A model generated the notes under the pieces. It did not search any database. It worked only from the letters and a program-made list of their open reading frames with translations, and had not been told where the DNA came from. A program made the position numbers and the translations under genes. Below, one piece after another: positions 8,746 through 16,580 of a DNA stretch of 64,000 nt. The DNA is taken from positions 5,309 to 69,308 of the forward strand of contig CAWFKB010000005.1 of the NCBI GenBank assembly GCA_963816215.1, given 5' to 3'. Within the stretch, counting starts at the first letter, position 1. Every line of letters starts with the position of its first letter. Source of the stretch: an uncultured Chloroflexia bacterium (GTDB taxonomy: Bacteria; Chloroflexota; Limnocylindria; QHBO01).

Positions 8746-9975
8746 CTAGGGCTGGACCTGGCCCACCCAGAGCACGGTCGTGACGGGGTCCGTGCTCTGG
8801 TTCGTGAACAGGGCCACGGTGTCGCCCAGGGCCGCGCCCGTCTCGCCGCCGCCTTGGGTCCGTCCGGACAGCGTCGGCCCAGCGGTCCAGGTCATGCCAT
8901 CGCGGGAGGTCCAGGTCAGCGTGCCGGTGCCGTCGTCGCCGATGGCGAGGAGGCCGTTGTCCAAGGTGACCAGGCCGTGGGCCACGTCGCCACCGCCAGG
9001 GAGGGCGATGGCGGTCCAGGCCAGTCCATCGGTTGAGGTGAAGGCCTGGGGCACGGCACCCGTGATGCCGACGGCCACGATGGTGCCATCGGGCGCGACT
9101 GCAACTGAGCGCATGGAGGCGCCGCTCAGTGCCGATAAGGCTGCGGGCGACTCGACCCAGCTTTGGCCCGTGGGTGAAACGAACGAGACCGCGCTCGTTC
9201 CGGGGCCTCGATCGCCGACGGCCACGAACTGGCTACCCGTCCACACCAGGTCGAAGACGTTGAACCCAGAGTTCGGGAACGGCACGCCGGTGGGGGTCGT
9301 CTCCACCCAGCTGGTGCTCGGGGTCCACCGGTAGGTCCCACCGCTGGGGTCAGGGTAGCCGTGGTTGGCCACGAGCAGCTCCTGGTCGCTCGCCACGAGG
9401 TCCACCACTCCGTATCCGTCGGTGAAGAACGGGTTCGCCGACACGATGAACTCCCAGCTCCGGGCGTCGGTCGTCCGCCAGCCCACCGGCCGCCGGTAGT
9501 CGGTGGGACCGAGGAGGGTGCCGAGCGAAAAGAGGGTATCCCCGAAGCGGGCCAGCGGGCCCATCATCGCGGCGGCCACCCACCAGTTGTTCAAGTAGTC
9601 GTCGTAGAACGGGTCGACCCCCAGCTGGGCGGCGGTTGGCGGGGTGACAGGGTGCGTTTGCCACGTGGTTCCGTCTGACGATGTCCACGCTGCGGGACCC
9701 GCTCCGATCCCGCCAACCGCGACGAACTGGCCCTCGTCAACCGTTACCGCCCTCACCACCCCGCCCGCCGGCTGATCGGTCCAGGTGATGTCTAACTGAC
9801 CGGCCGATGCGGACGCGCTGGAGGGCGCCACGCTCGGTGTCCCGCTGGGGGGCGCCACGCTCGCAGACTGACTCGGAGAGGGGCTCGACAAGGGCTGGCA
9901 TCCGCTGACCGCAATCATCAGCGCCGCCCCAATCACCACCCCCGAAAACCGACGGGCCGTCGCAGCCGGGTGCAT
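8746..9975 (-). CDS. Lipoprotein with BNR/Asp-box repeats (beta-propeller; Ycf48/sialidase-like repeat class)
   Basis: Signal peptide plus lipobox (MHPAATARRFSGVVIGAALMIAVSGC). Repeated SxDxGxTW Asp-box motifs (TSSDGTTWQT, TTDARSWEF, STDGLAWTA, TSRDGMTWTA). The start is chosen at M27 of the track ORF (top coordinate 9975) so that the 5' extension into the tRNA-derived repeat is excluded. Confidence 0.65.
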   Translation of the reverse strand: MHPAATARRFSGVVIGAALMIAVSGCQPLSSPSPSQSASVAPPSGTPSVAPSSASASAGQLDITWTDQPAGGVVRAVTVDEGQFVAVGGIGAGPAAWTSSDGTTWQTHPVTPPTAAQLGVDPFYDDYLNNWWVAAAMMGPLARFGDTLFSLGTLLGPTDYRRPVGWRTTDARSWEFIVSANPFFTDGYGVVDLVASDQELLVANHGYPDPSGGTYRWTPSTSWVETTPTGVPFPNSGFNVFDLVWTGSQFVAVGDRGPGTSAVSFVSPTGQSWVESPAALSALSGASMRSVAVAPDGTIVAVGITGAVPQAFTSTDGLAWTAIALPGGGDVAHGLVTLDNGLLAIGDDGTGTLTWTSRDGMTWTAGPTLSGRTQGGGETGAALGDTVALFTNQSTDPVTTVLWVGQVQP

Positions 9976-10061
9976 CACGGCCTCCACCATACCCCCCACC
10001 CCTGCGGCCGCACTACGGTGGTCCTGCCTCTCTTCGGGTCGATGCTCACACACCGAGAGCG

Positions 10062-10210
10062 GGTAGGATGTCCACCATTCCGCTCAGTCTGAGCGTGAAT
10101 CAGGCGCCGGCAGCTCAGTGGATAGAGCGGGTGGCTTCGGACCAGAAACCCCGAGCGCTGTGGCACAAGCTTGGCTCGCCGAGCGAAATGGGCCGAGTTA
10201 TCGGCTCTCT
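10062..10210 (+). repeat. tRNA-Arg repeat copy 2: promoter/leader plus truncated tRNA-Arg 5' half (10104..10145) plus a shared arm
   Basis: GGTAGGATGTCCACCATTCCGCTCAGTCTGAGCGTGAATCAG then GCGCCGGCAGCTCAGTGGATAGAGCGGGTGGCTTCGGACCAG, followed by AAACCCCGAGCGCTGTGGCACAAGC... The break point and downstream arm match copy 1. There is one substitution at tRNA position 8 (T to C). Confidence 0.8.
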
Positions 10211-10256
10211 GGGCGTCAACGCGACCAGGACCGACAGGCGCTTTTTCACGGAGTAT

Positions 10257-11507
10257 TCACGAACCAGGCGGCCGCGGCTGCCAATCACCCCAGCCGGCTC
10301 CGGGGACGACGAGCTGAACGTCGGAGCCATCGGCGTCGACGCTCCAAAGACCGGTCCCATCCACGCCGCCATCGGTTGCAAAGAGAATCCGGTCCCCGTC
10401 GGGCGAGAATCGGATCGGCCTGATACTCCGCTTCGCCGCAGCCGTCCTGACGATCCCGCTGGCCACGTCGAGCACGCGAAGCTCAGCGGCGCGCTCTACC
10501 GAGGAGCCATTGACATCGAGGGGGGTCCACGTGAAGGCGACGCGATCGCCCGAGGGTGACCAGATGAGGTTATGGAGGAACACGTTATCGACGGTCCCGT
10601 CCTCGAGGGAGTCCGGATAGGGCACGACCCGGAGCTCGGTGCCATCGGCGTCGGCGATCACGAGGGAATTCGTCATGCTCCTTTCCGAACGGTCTTCGGT
10701 GAAGGTGGTGTAGGCGACCCGTGTGCCGTCAGACGAATACGACGAGACCCAGAGGCCTCGGGGGTCGCTTGCCGGCAGGCGCCGAGGCGTGCCACCGTCG
10801 ATCGGCACCTCGCAATCCCCGGCCACGAGCGAGCGGCCGTCCAACGACCACCTCACGTCGTTATCGCCAGACCCCTGGCAGGCGGACGGCGCCGAAAGCA
10901 GTGCTTGGCGCACCCCGTCGAGCCCGTAGACAATGATCGGCTGGTCATAGACATCGACCCAGGTGGCGATACGCGTCGAGTCCGGTGACCATCCGACGAG
11001 CCAGCCCTCGCCAGGGAGCGACGCGACCAGGTGGCCCGCCGCGTCGTGCACCTGGACGATCGCGGGACAGGGATCGTCCACGTCGCCATGCCATCCGTCC
11101 GATCGATATGCGAGGTATTTCCCGTCGGGCGACCACATCGATCCCTCGACTCCGAGGTTCCCGCATTCCGCATCGTCGTCTGGAGGAGCACCGTCTGCTA
11201 TCCGCACTGGGTTCGCCCCGTCCGCATCGGCGACGTAGATGTCGCCAACCAGGCTGTAGGCCAGACGGGGCGCCGAGCTGTCCGGAAGCACAGGCCGGTC
11301 GACGATGCCTGACAAGACGAGCGCGGCACCGCTAACGGCGAGGGCCAGCAGCAGCGCCGCCACCAGAAGCAGCGCGGGTCGCGACGAGCGTCCGGATCGA
11401 CGCATCTCCTGCTGCAGGAGCGCGTAGAGCTGGTCGTCGAAGCCTGGATCGACGTCGGTCGGTCCAGCGTGGGCCGCCAGTCGCTCGAAGATTCGTTCGT
11501 CGTTCAT
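10257..11507 (-). CDS. Anti-sigma factor with single TM helix and C-terminal TolB-like beta-propeller domain
   Basis: N-terminal cytoplasmic region, then a transmembrane segment (RPALLLVAALLLALAVSGAALVL), then repeated SPDG/WSPDG propeller blades (MWSPDGKYLAYRSDG, GWSPDSTRIA, RFSPDGDRILFATDG). It overlaps the upstream ECF sigma gene by 4 nt. Confidence 0.6.
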   Translation of the reverse strand: MNDERIFERLAAHAGPTDVDPGFDDQLYALLQQEMRRSGRSSRPALLLVAALLLALAVSGAALVLSGIVDRPVLPDSSAPRLAYSLVGDIYVADADGANPVRIADGAPPDDDAECGNLGVEGSMWSPDGKYLAYRSDGWHGDVDDPCPAIVQVHDAAGHLVASLPGEGWLVGWSPDSTRIATWVDVYDQPIIVYGLDGVRQALLSAPSACQGSGDNDVRWSLDGRSLVAGDCEVPIDGGTPRRLPASDPRGLWVSSYSSDGTRVAYTTFTEDRSERSMTNSLVIADADGTELRVVPYPDSLEDGTVDNVFLHNLIWSPSGDRVAFTWTPLDVNGSSVERAAELRVLDVASGIVRTAAAKRSIRPIRFSPDGDRILFATDGGVDGTGLWSVDADGSDVQLVVPGAGWGDWQPRPPGS

Positions 11508-12070
11508 CGGTTTGCCTCCGGGAAAGCCTGCCGGAATGCGTCGCGGCCCCGAGCCAGCAGGGAGGCGGTGGCCGCTTCGGTCTTGCCAATTGAGTTCGCT
11601 ACCTCACGGACGCTGAGCTGATCCATGTAGTGCAGGATCAGGACGGCGCGCTGCAAGGCTGGCAGTCCGGCTAAGGCGTCATCGATGTCGTCGGGCGTGG
11701 TTGGCGGCGACGACTCCGCCCGAGCCGCATCGCCGAGCTCGCGGGCACTGAGTGCTGCCAGGCGGCGCGTGTCGCGTTCGGCGCGACGGAAGTGGTCGAC
11801 GAGCTTGTGGCGGGCGATGCCGATGACCCAGGTCGTGGCATTGGCCTGTCCGCGAAATCGGCTGTAATGGCGCACCGCTTCGACAAAGGCCTGCTGGGTC
11901 AGCTCCTCCGCCAAATCGGGGTCTCGTCCACAGCGATGGAACAGATACCCGTATACGGTTGGCAGGCTGCGGTCATACCAGGCACGAAAGGCCTGCTCGT
12001 CAGCGACGACGACCGGGTCCCCGTGAATCGCGGTCGGCGGTCGCACGCTGTCGCTGGCTTCGGATGGCAT
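11504..12070 (-). CDS. ECF (group IV) RNA polymerase sigma factor
   Basis: Sigma-70 region 2 (AFRAWYDRSLPTVYGYLFHRCGRDPDLAEELTQQAFVEAVRHYSRF) and region 4 (LPALQRAVLILHYMDQLSVREVANSIGKTEAATASLLARGR). Translationally coupled to the anti-sigma gene. Confidence 0.8.
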   Translation of the reverse strand: MPSEASDSVRPPTAIHGDPVVVADEQAFRAWYDRSLPTVYGYLFHRCGRDPDLAEELTQQAFVEAVRHYSRFRGQANATTWVIGIARHKLVDHFRRAERDTRRLAALSARELGDAARAESSPPTTPDDIDDALAGLPALQRAVLILHYMDQLSVREVANSIGKTEAATASLLARGRDAFRQAFPEANR

Positions 12071-12179
12071 CTACAGGTTAGTCGCTTGGGACCAGCGAAA
12101 TCGATCGGTGCGGATAGCCGCGATCCTGGGCACGAGCGCCGCAGTCTGGGACCAAGGACCCAGGCGAAATCGATAGCGG

Positions 12180-12220
12180 GGTAGGATGTCCACCATTCCG
12201 CTCCGTTTGAGCGTGAACGG
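12180..12220 (+). promoter_or_regulatory. Conserved leader/promoter of tRNA-Arg (TAGGAT -10-like hexamer); third copy of the repeat's left part
   Basis: GGTAGGATGTCCACCATTCCGCTCCGTTTGAGCGTGAACGG is conserved in all three copies immediately 5' of the tRNA start. TAGGAT fits an actinobacterial TANNNT -10 element. Confidence 0.4.
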
Positions 12221-12296
12221 GCGCCGGTAGCTCAGTGGATAGAGCGGGTGGCTTCGGACCACCAGGCCGCGGGTTCGAATCCTGCCCGGCGCGCCA
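12221..12296 (+). tRNA. tRNA-Arg (anticodon TCG), intact, encoded CCA
   Basis: Acceptor GCGCCGG/CCGGCGC, D arm TAGCTCAGTGGATAGAGC, anticodon stem GGTGG/CCACC, loop CTTCGGA, T arm GCGGG-TTCGAAT-CCTGC, discriminator G, CCA. Confidence 0.9.
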
Positions 12297-12952
12297 TCTC
12301 ACGAATGCACCACTTATCCACATTTGGCGTGCGAAAAACCTGTGCGCCCCATTTGGCCCCTGCTATATTCGGCGCCTGCCCATCCCGGTGGCTTCCAAGT
12401 TGTTGGGACGGGCGGAATGGAGGCCCAAACCTGGCGGTAACACGTTGGCGGAGGGCTTCTGCCGGGCGCTGGTAGCGTAGGAAGCGGAATTAAGCACCCG
12501 CTCCACCGCGCGGCTGGCCCACCACCTCTGCCGGATCGGATCCGCGGAGAGCCGAAAGGCTCCACCAGGCATCCGGTCGGGATGACCACAGGGATGGAGG
12601 TCAAGTGCGCGGGGGTAACAGCCGGGAACCGGCTCGCATCACTCTCGGGTGATGTCAGCAAACCTGGTTGGGCTGGCCTACGGCTCTGGTTCGGCGGCGG
12701 GCGCGCCGTCGAGCGGCTCTTCAAGTCAGGAGTCGCCAAAGCAGTTCGGTACGGAACCCGTGGAGGCAGCTGGTCCCGCTTGGATCGGCCTACGACGCGG
12801 AGGCTCCGAATCGGACGCGGCGTGCGGGCGTCAGTTCGTTCGGGTCAAACCGAGCCGACGGGCGGCCGGTTAGGGGTCTTGGAACGCTTCGCAAGGAGCG
12901 GACCGGGACCCCTGCGTCGTACCTGGGGCGGTGCGGGTCGGGGGATTCGTGC

Positions 12953-15013
12953 TCAGTCGAGGTGGTAGGGCACGTCGGCCACGATCGTGTTGCGGCGTCC
13001 GAAGAGGCGGAGTTTCAGACGCAGGCTGGACTGGTTGTGGAGCAGGTTCTCCCACCAGTGGCGCGGCACGATCTCCGACAGGACGACGACCACCGGTCGT
13101 GACGGATCGAGGGCCTGCAGCGCGTCCATGTAGCGCAGCAGCGGCCCCATCAGGGCGCGATAGGGTGATTCGACCACGACCAGCTCCATGCCGTTTTCGA
13201 GCCGTGCCCATTGCTCTCGGAGGAGCTCCGCCGTCGCCGCGTCGTTTGTCACGTGGACGGCACTTGCCTGCGGGCTGAGCGTTTGCGCGAAGGCAAGCGC
13301 ACCCAGCGCCGGGCGGTCGAGGCGGGCGATGGGAACAATGACGATCGGCTTCGGCGGTGCTGCGGCGACGCGCGGCTCGGAGGGAGGGGCCGGCGTGAGA
13401 GCCGCCTCGACCCGACGATAGTGGCGTCGGATGCCGAGCATCAGGGCCATCAGGAGCGGAATCAGGAGGACCACGATCCATGCTCCGGACAAGAATTTCG
13501 TGCTGACCACGACGACGGCGATGACGGCCGTCGTGGCTGCCCCAACGCCGTTGATGATCAGGCCGCTGCGCCACCTGGGCTCGCGCCGCCGCCACCAGCG
13601 AACGACCATCCCTGACTGGGACAGCGTGAACGCCAGGAAGACGCCGAGCGTATACAGGGGAATCAAGGCCGTGACGCTGGCGTCGAAGACGACCAGCAGG
13701 ACGCAGGCCATGCCGGCCAGGGCGGCAATGCCGGTCGTGAACGCCAGCCGGTCGCCGCGGAAGCCAAACTGGCGGGGCATGAATCCGTCGCGAGCCAGGA
13801 AGGACGACAGGCGCGGGAAGTCCGCGAAGGCGGTGTTGGCGGCCAGGGTGAGGACCAGGGCCGTCGCGATCTGGACGACGACGAGATACCACCCGTCACC
13901 GACAACCTGGCGCGTAATCAGGGACAAGACCGTTTGCTGTTCGGTGGGATCGGGAACGACCTGGATGACCGCCGCCAGGTAGCTGATGCCCAGGAACAGG
14001 GCGCCGAACAGGATCGCCGCCCATGTCAGCGTCGTTCGCGCATTGCGCCATTCCGGGGGCTTGAAGGCCGGGACGCCATCAGACACCGCCTCGACCCCGG
14101 TCAGCGCGGCCGATCCGGAGCTGAACGCGCGGAGGACCAGGAAGACCGACAGCACGGTGGCGGTGCCTGCCTCTGCCTCCGTCCAGCTCGGTGGCGGGAC
14201 GAAGGTCCCCAGGTTGCCGCTGGCCTGGAGGAACAGTCCCCACACGATGACCCCGAAGATCGCCACCAGGTACAGGTAGGTGGGGGCCATGAAGATGGTG
14301 CCGGACTCCCGAATCCCGCGCAGGTTTCCGATGGTCAGCAGCGCCACGATGATCAGCCCGATCAGCACCCGTTCGGGGTACAGGCTCGGAACGAGCGAGG
14401 TGATGGCGGCCACCCCGGCAGAGACCGATACGGCCACCGTCAACGTGTAGTCGATGAGGAGCGCGCCGCCCGCCAGGAGCCCCGCTCCGGTTCCCAGGTT
14501 GTCGCTGGCCACGATGTAGCTGCTGGCACCGTTCGGGTAGGCGCGAATCGTCTGCCTATAGCTGACCGCCACGATCACGAGCACGGCTACGATGGCGACA
14601 GTGATCGGTAGGGTCAGGGCGATGGCGCCCACGCCGGCCAGGATCAGGATCCGCATGATCTCTTCGGTGGCGTAGGCGCTCGAGCTGATGTTGTCGGAGC
14701 TGAAGACGGCCAGTGCCTTGATCTTGGTCAGCCGCTCGTGCTCCTCGTGCTCCGAGGAAATCGGCCGTCCGAAGAGGAAGTTGCGCCCGCCCCGGAACCA
14801 TCGACCGAAGGTGGTGGTCGAATCAATGGTCCGCTCCGACGCGATCAGCTGGCCCTCGTCGCCGTGCTCGAACTCGGATTCGAAGGGCCGCACGATGCGG
14901 ACGTAGGCGTCCCCCGGGCGCGCGCCGACGCTCCGCTCGCGGACTTCGAGCATGGGGTCGACACGGTTGCCGCCCGGCTCGCCGGGCGGCTCAGGTGGTG
15001 GGCGGTTCGTCAT
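12953..15013 (-). CDS. APC-family amino acid permease with C-terminal cytoplasmic domain
   Basis: 686 aa with 12 or more hydrophobic helices. It resembles actinobacterial amino-acid transporters that carry a C-terminal extension of about 200 aa. Confidence 0.75.
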   Translation of the reverse strand: MTNRPPPEPPGEPGGNRVDPMLEVRERSVGARPGDAYVRIVRPFESEFEHGDEGQLIASERTIDSTTTFGRWFRGGRNFLFGRPISSEHEEHERLTKIKALAVFSSDNISSSAYATEEIMRILILAGVGAIALTLPITVAIVAVLVIVAVSYRQTIRAYPNGASSYIVASDNLGTGAGLLAGGALLIDYTLTVAVSVSAGVAAITSLVPSLYPERVLIGLIIVALLTIGNLRGIRESGTIFMAPTYLYLVAIFGVIVWGLFLQASGNLGTFVPPPSWTEAEAGTATVLSVFLVLRAFSSGSAALTGVEAVSDGVPAFKPPEWRNARTTLTWAAILFGALFLGISYLAAVIQVVPDPTEQQTVLSLITRQVVGDGWYLVVVQIATALVLTLAANTAFADFPRLSSFLARDGFMPRQFGFRGDRLAFTTGIAALAGMACVLLVVFDASVTALIPLYTLGVFLAFTLSQSGMVVRWWRRREPRWRSGLIINGVGAATTAVIAVVVVSTKFLSGAWIVVLLIPLLMALMLGIRRHYRRVEAALTPAPPSEPRVAAAPPKPIVIVPIARLDRPALGALAFAQTLSPQASAVHVTNDAATAELLREQWARLENGMELVVVESPYRALMGPLLRYMDALQALDPSRPVVVVLSEIVPRHWWENLLHNQSSLRLKLRLFGRRNTIVADVPYHLD

Positions 15014-15044
15014 GTGCTGTGACCGTATTACAGCACTCGGGACC

Positions 15045-16580
15045 TCAGTTGTGGCGAATGATCAGCCCGGCGTCCGGTTCCAGCTCCACCATCGTGGTGC
15101 GGCGAGTGAGTCCTGCTGCGGGATCGGTATGAGCCGCCAGCGACACCCGTCCCGCGTTCGCCAGACCGATGCGCGCGCTTCGCGCGCCCATGTTGACGAG
15201 AACCGTGAGCCGTTCGCCGGGCGCACGCCTCTCATAGCCCAGCACACCGGCGGGCAGGTCACGCCGCACGGTCAGCAATCCTTCGCGCAGGGCATGAGAC
15301 TCCCGGCGCAGGGTGATCAGCCGCCGATACCACGACAGCACCGAGCCCGGGTCATCTCGTTGCCTGGCGACATCGTCCCAGGCCATCGGTCCGCGGGATC
15401 CATCACGGCCCACCCGGTCCGCCGCCGCCCCCGACAGAGTCGCGTCGGACATGCCCACCTCCTCTCCCTGGTACAGGCACACCACGCCGCGCAGGGTCAG
15501 CAGGACCAAGGCCGCAGGCCGCGCCCGCTCGACGCCCCAGCGCGTGGCCTGGCGCGAGAGATCGTGGTTCGAGAACGCCCAGGCCGGGACCAGTGGGGGA
15601 GCGAGATGCCGTTCGGCGGCCAGCAGCGCTCGGCGGAAGGCAGCCGCATCCCACGGTGACTTCGCGAGCTGGTGGTCGAGGCCGGCGTGAAGCCGGGCCC
15701 CGGAGCGACCGCCCAAGGTCGCCGCCACCCGGTTGGCGGGGGCATACAGCTCGCCGAGCAGCACCCGGTCGGGATACTCGTCAGTGACGCTCCGCAGTCC
15801 CTGCAGCGCATCCCCAAGCTCCGGCTGGTTCCGCGTCCATCGCCGTCGGAGCCCGCCCGGCTCGGGGGACCACGGGCCGCGCACCGGACCGGCGGGCGGG
15901 TTGTCCCGCAGCCGCGCGTCCTTGATCAGGAACTCGATCGCATCCACCCGGAAGCCGTCCACGCCCCGATCGAGCCAGAAGCGCATGGCGTCGCCCATCG
16001 CCGCCCGGACGGCGGGGTTCCGCCAATTGAGATCGGGTTGCTCGGCGTAGAACGAGTGGAGGTACGACTGCCCGCTGGGATCTGGGGTCCAGGCCGACCC
16101 ACCGAACTCGGAAACCCAGTTACTCGGAGGACTGCCGTCCGGGCGGGCATCGGCCCACAGGTACCAGTCGCGGTGCGGGCTGGTCCGGGCGGAACGCGCC
16201 GAGGCGAACCACGGGTGGCGGTCCGAGGAATGGCCCGTGACCAGGTCCAGGAGAACGCGCACCCCGCGTTCGTGACACGCCGCCACAAGGGCATCGAGGT
16301 CGGCGAGCGAACCGAACTCGGGGGATACATCGGTGAAATGGGTGACGTCGTAGCCGCCGTCCACGCCCCCATGCGGGTAGAACGGGGAGAGCCAGATAGC
16401 GTCCACGCCCAGCGAATCGGACTGCCCGGCCAGGTGATCGAGTCGCCCCACGATCCCGCCCAGGTCGCCCACGCCGTCGCCGTTTCCGTCCGCGAACGCG
16501 CGCGGATAGACCTGGTACAGCACCGCCCCCGAAGCCCAGGCGGGCGTCACGCCTCGCGCATCTGCTGGGGGACGCCCCAT
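15045..16580 (-). CDS. Glycoside hydrolase family 13 (alpha-glucosidase / oligo-1,6-glucosidase-like)
   Basis: VLYQVYPRAFADGNGDGVGDLGGI N-terminal GH13 signature, FRVDAIEF catalytic region, GEEVGM motif. The true start is M109 of the track ORF (top coordinate 16580). The upstream 108 codons are Arg/Gly-rich artefact. Confidence 0.8.
   Translation of the reverse strand: MGRPPADARGVTPAWASGAVLYQVYPRAFADGNGDGVGDLGGIVGRLDHLAGQSDSLGVDAIWLSPFYPHGGVDGGYDVTHFTDVSPEFGSLADLDALVAACHERGVRVLLDLVTGHSSDRHPWFASARSARTSPHRDWYLWADARPDGSPPSNWVSEFGGSAWTPDPSGQSYLHSFYAEQPDLNWRNPAVRAAMGDAMRFWLDRGVDGFRVDAIEFLIKDARLRDNPPAGPVRGPWSPEPGGLRRRWTRNQPELGDALQGLRSVTDEYPDRVLLGELYAPANRVAATLGGRSGARLHAGLDHQLAKSPWDAAAFRRALLAAERHLAPPLVPAWAFSNHDLSRQATRWGVERARPAALVLLTLRGVVCLYQGEEVGMSDATLSGAAADRVGRDGSRGPMAWDDVARQRDDPGSVLSWYRRLITLRRESHALREGLLTVRRDLPAGVLGYERRAPGERLTVLVNMGARSARIGLANAGRVSLAAHTDPAAGLTRRTTMVELEPDAGLIIRHN

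Noticed and set aside
12297-12952. RNase P RNA, tmRNA or SRP RNA in the 650-bp gap next to tRNA-Arg
   Set aside because: I checked by eye for the P4/GGAAAGTCCGG, tRNA-like TTCGAxTCC 3' end, tag-peptide resume codon and SRP GGAA motifs on both strands. None were present. The region is left as an unexplained spacer and not called an RNA gene.
12582-12968. 128-aa plus-strand ORF in the tRNA-permease spacer
   Set aside because: It has extreme Arg/Gly bias with no hydrophobic core, no RBS and no start context. It is probably non-coding.
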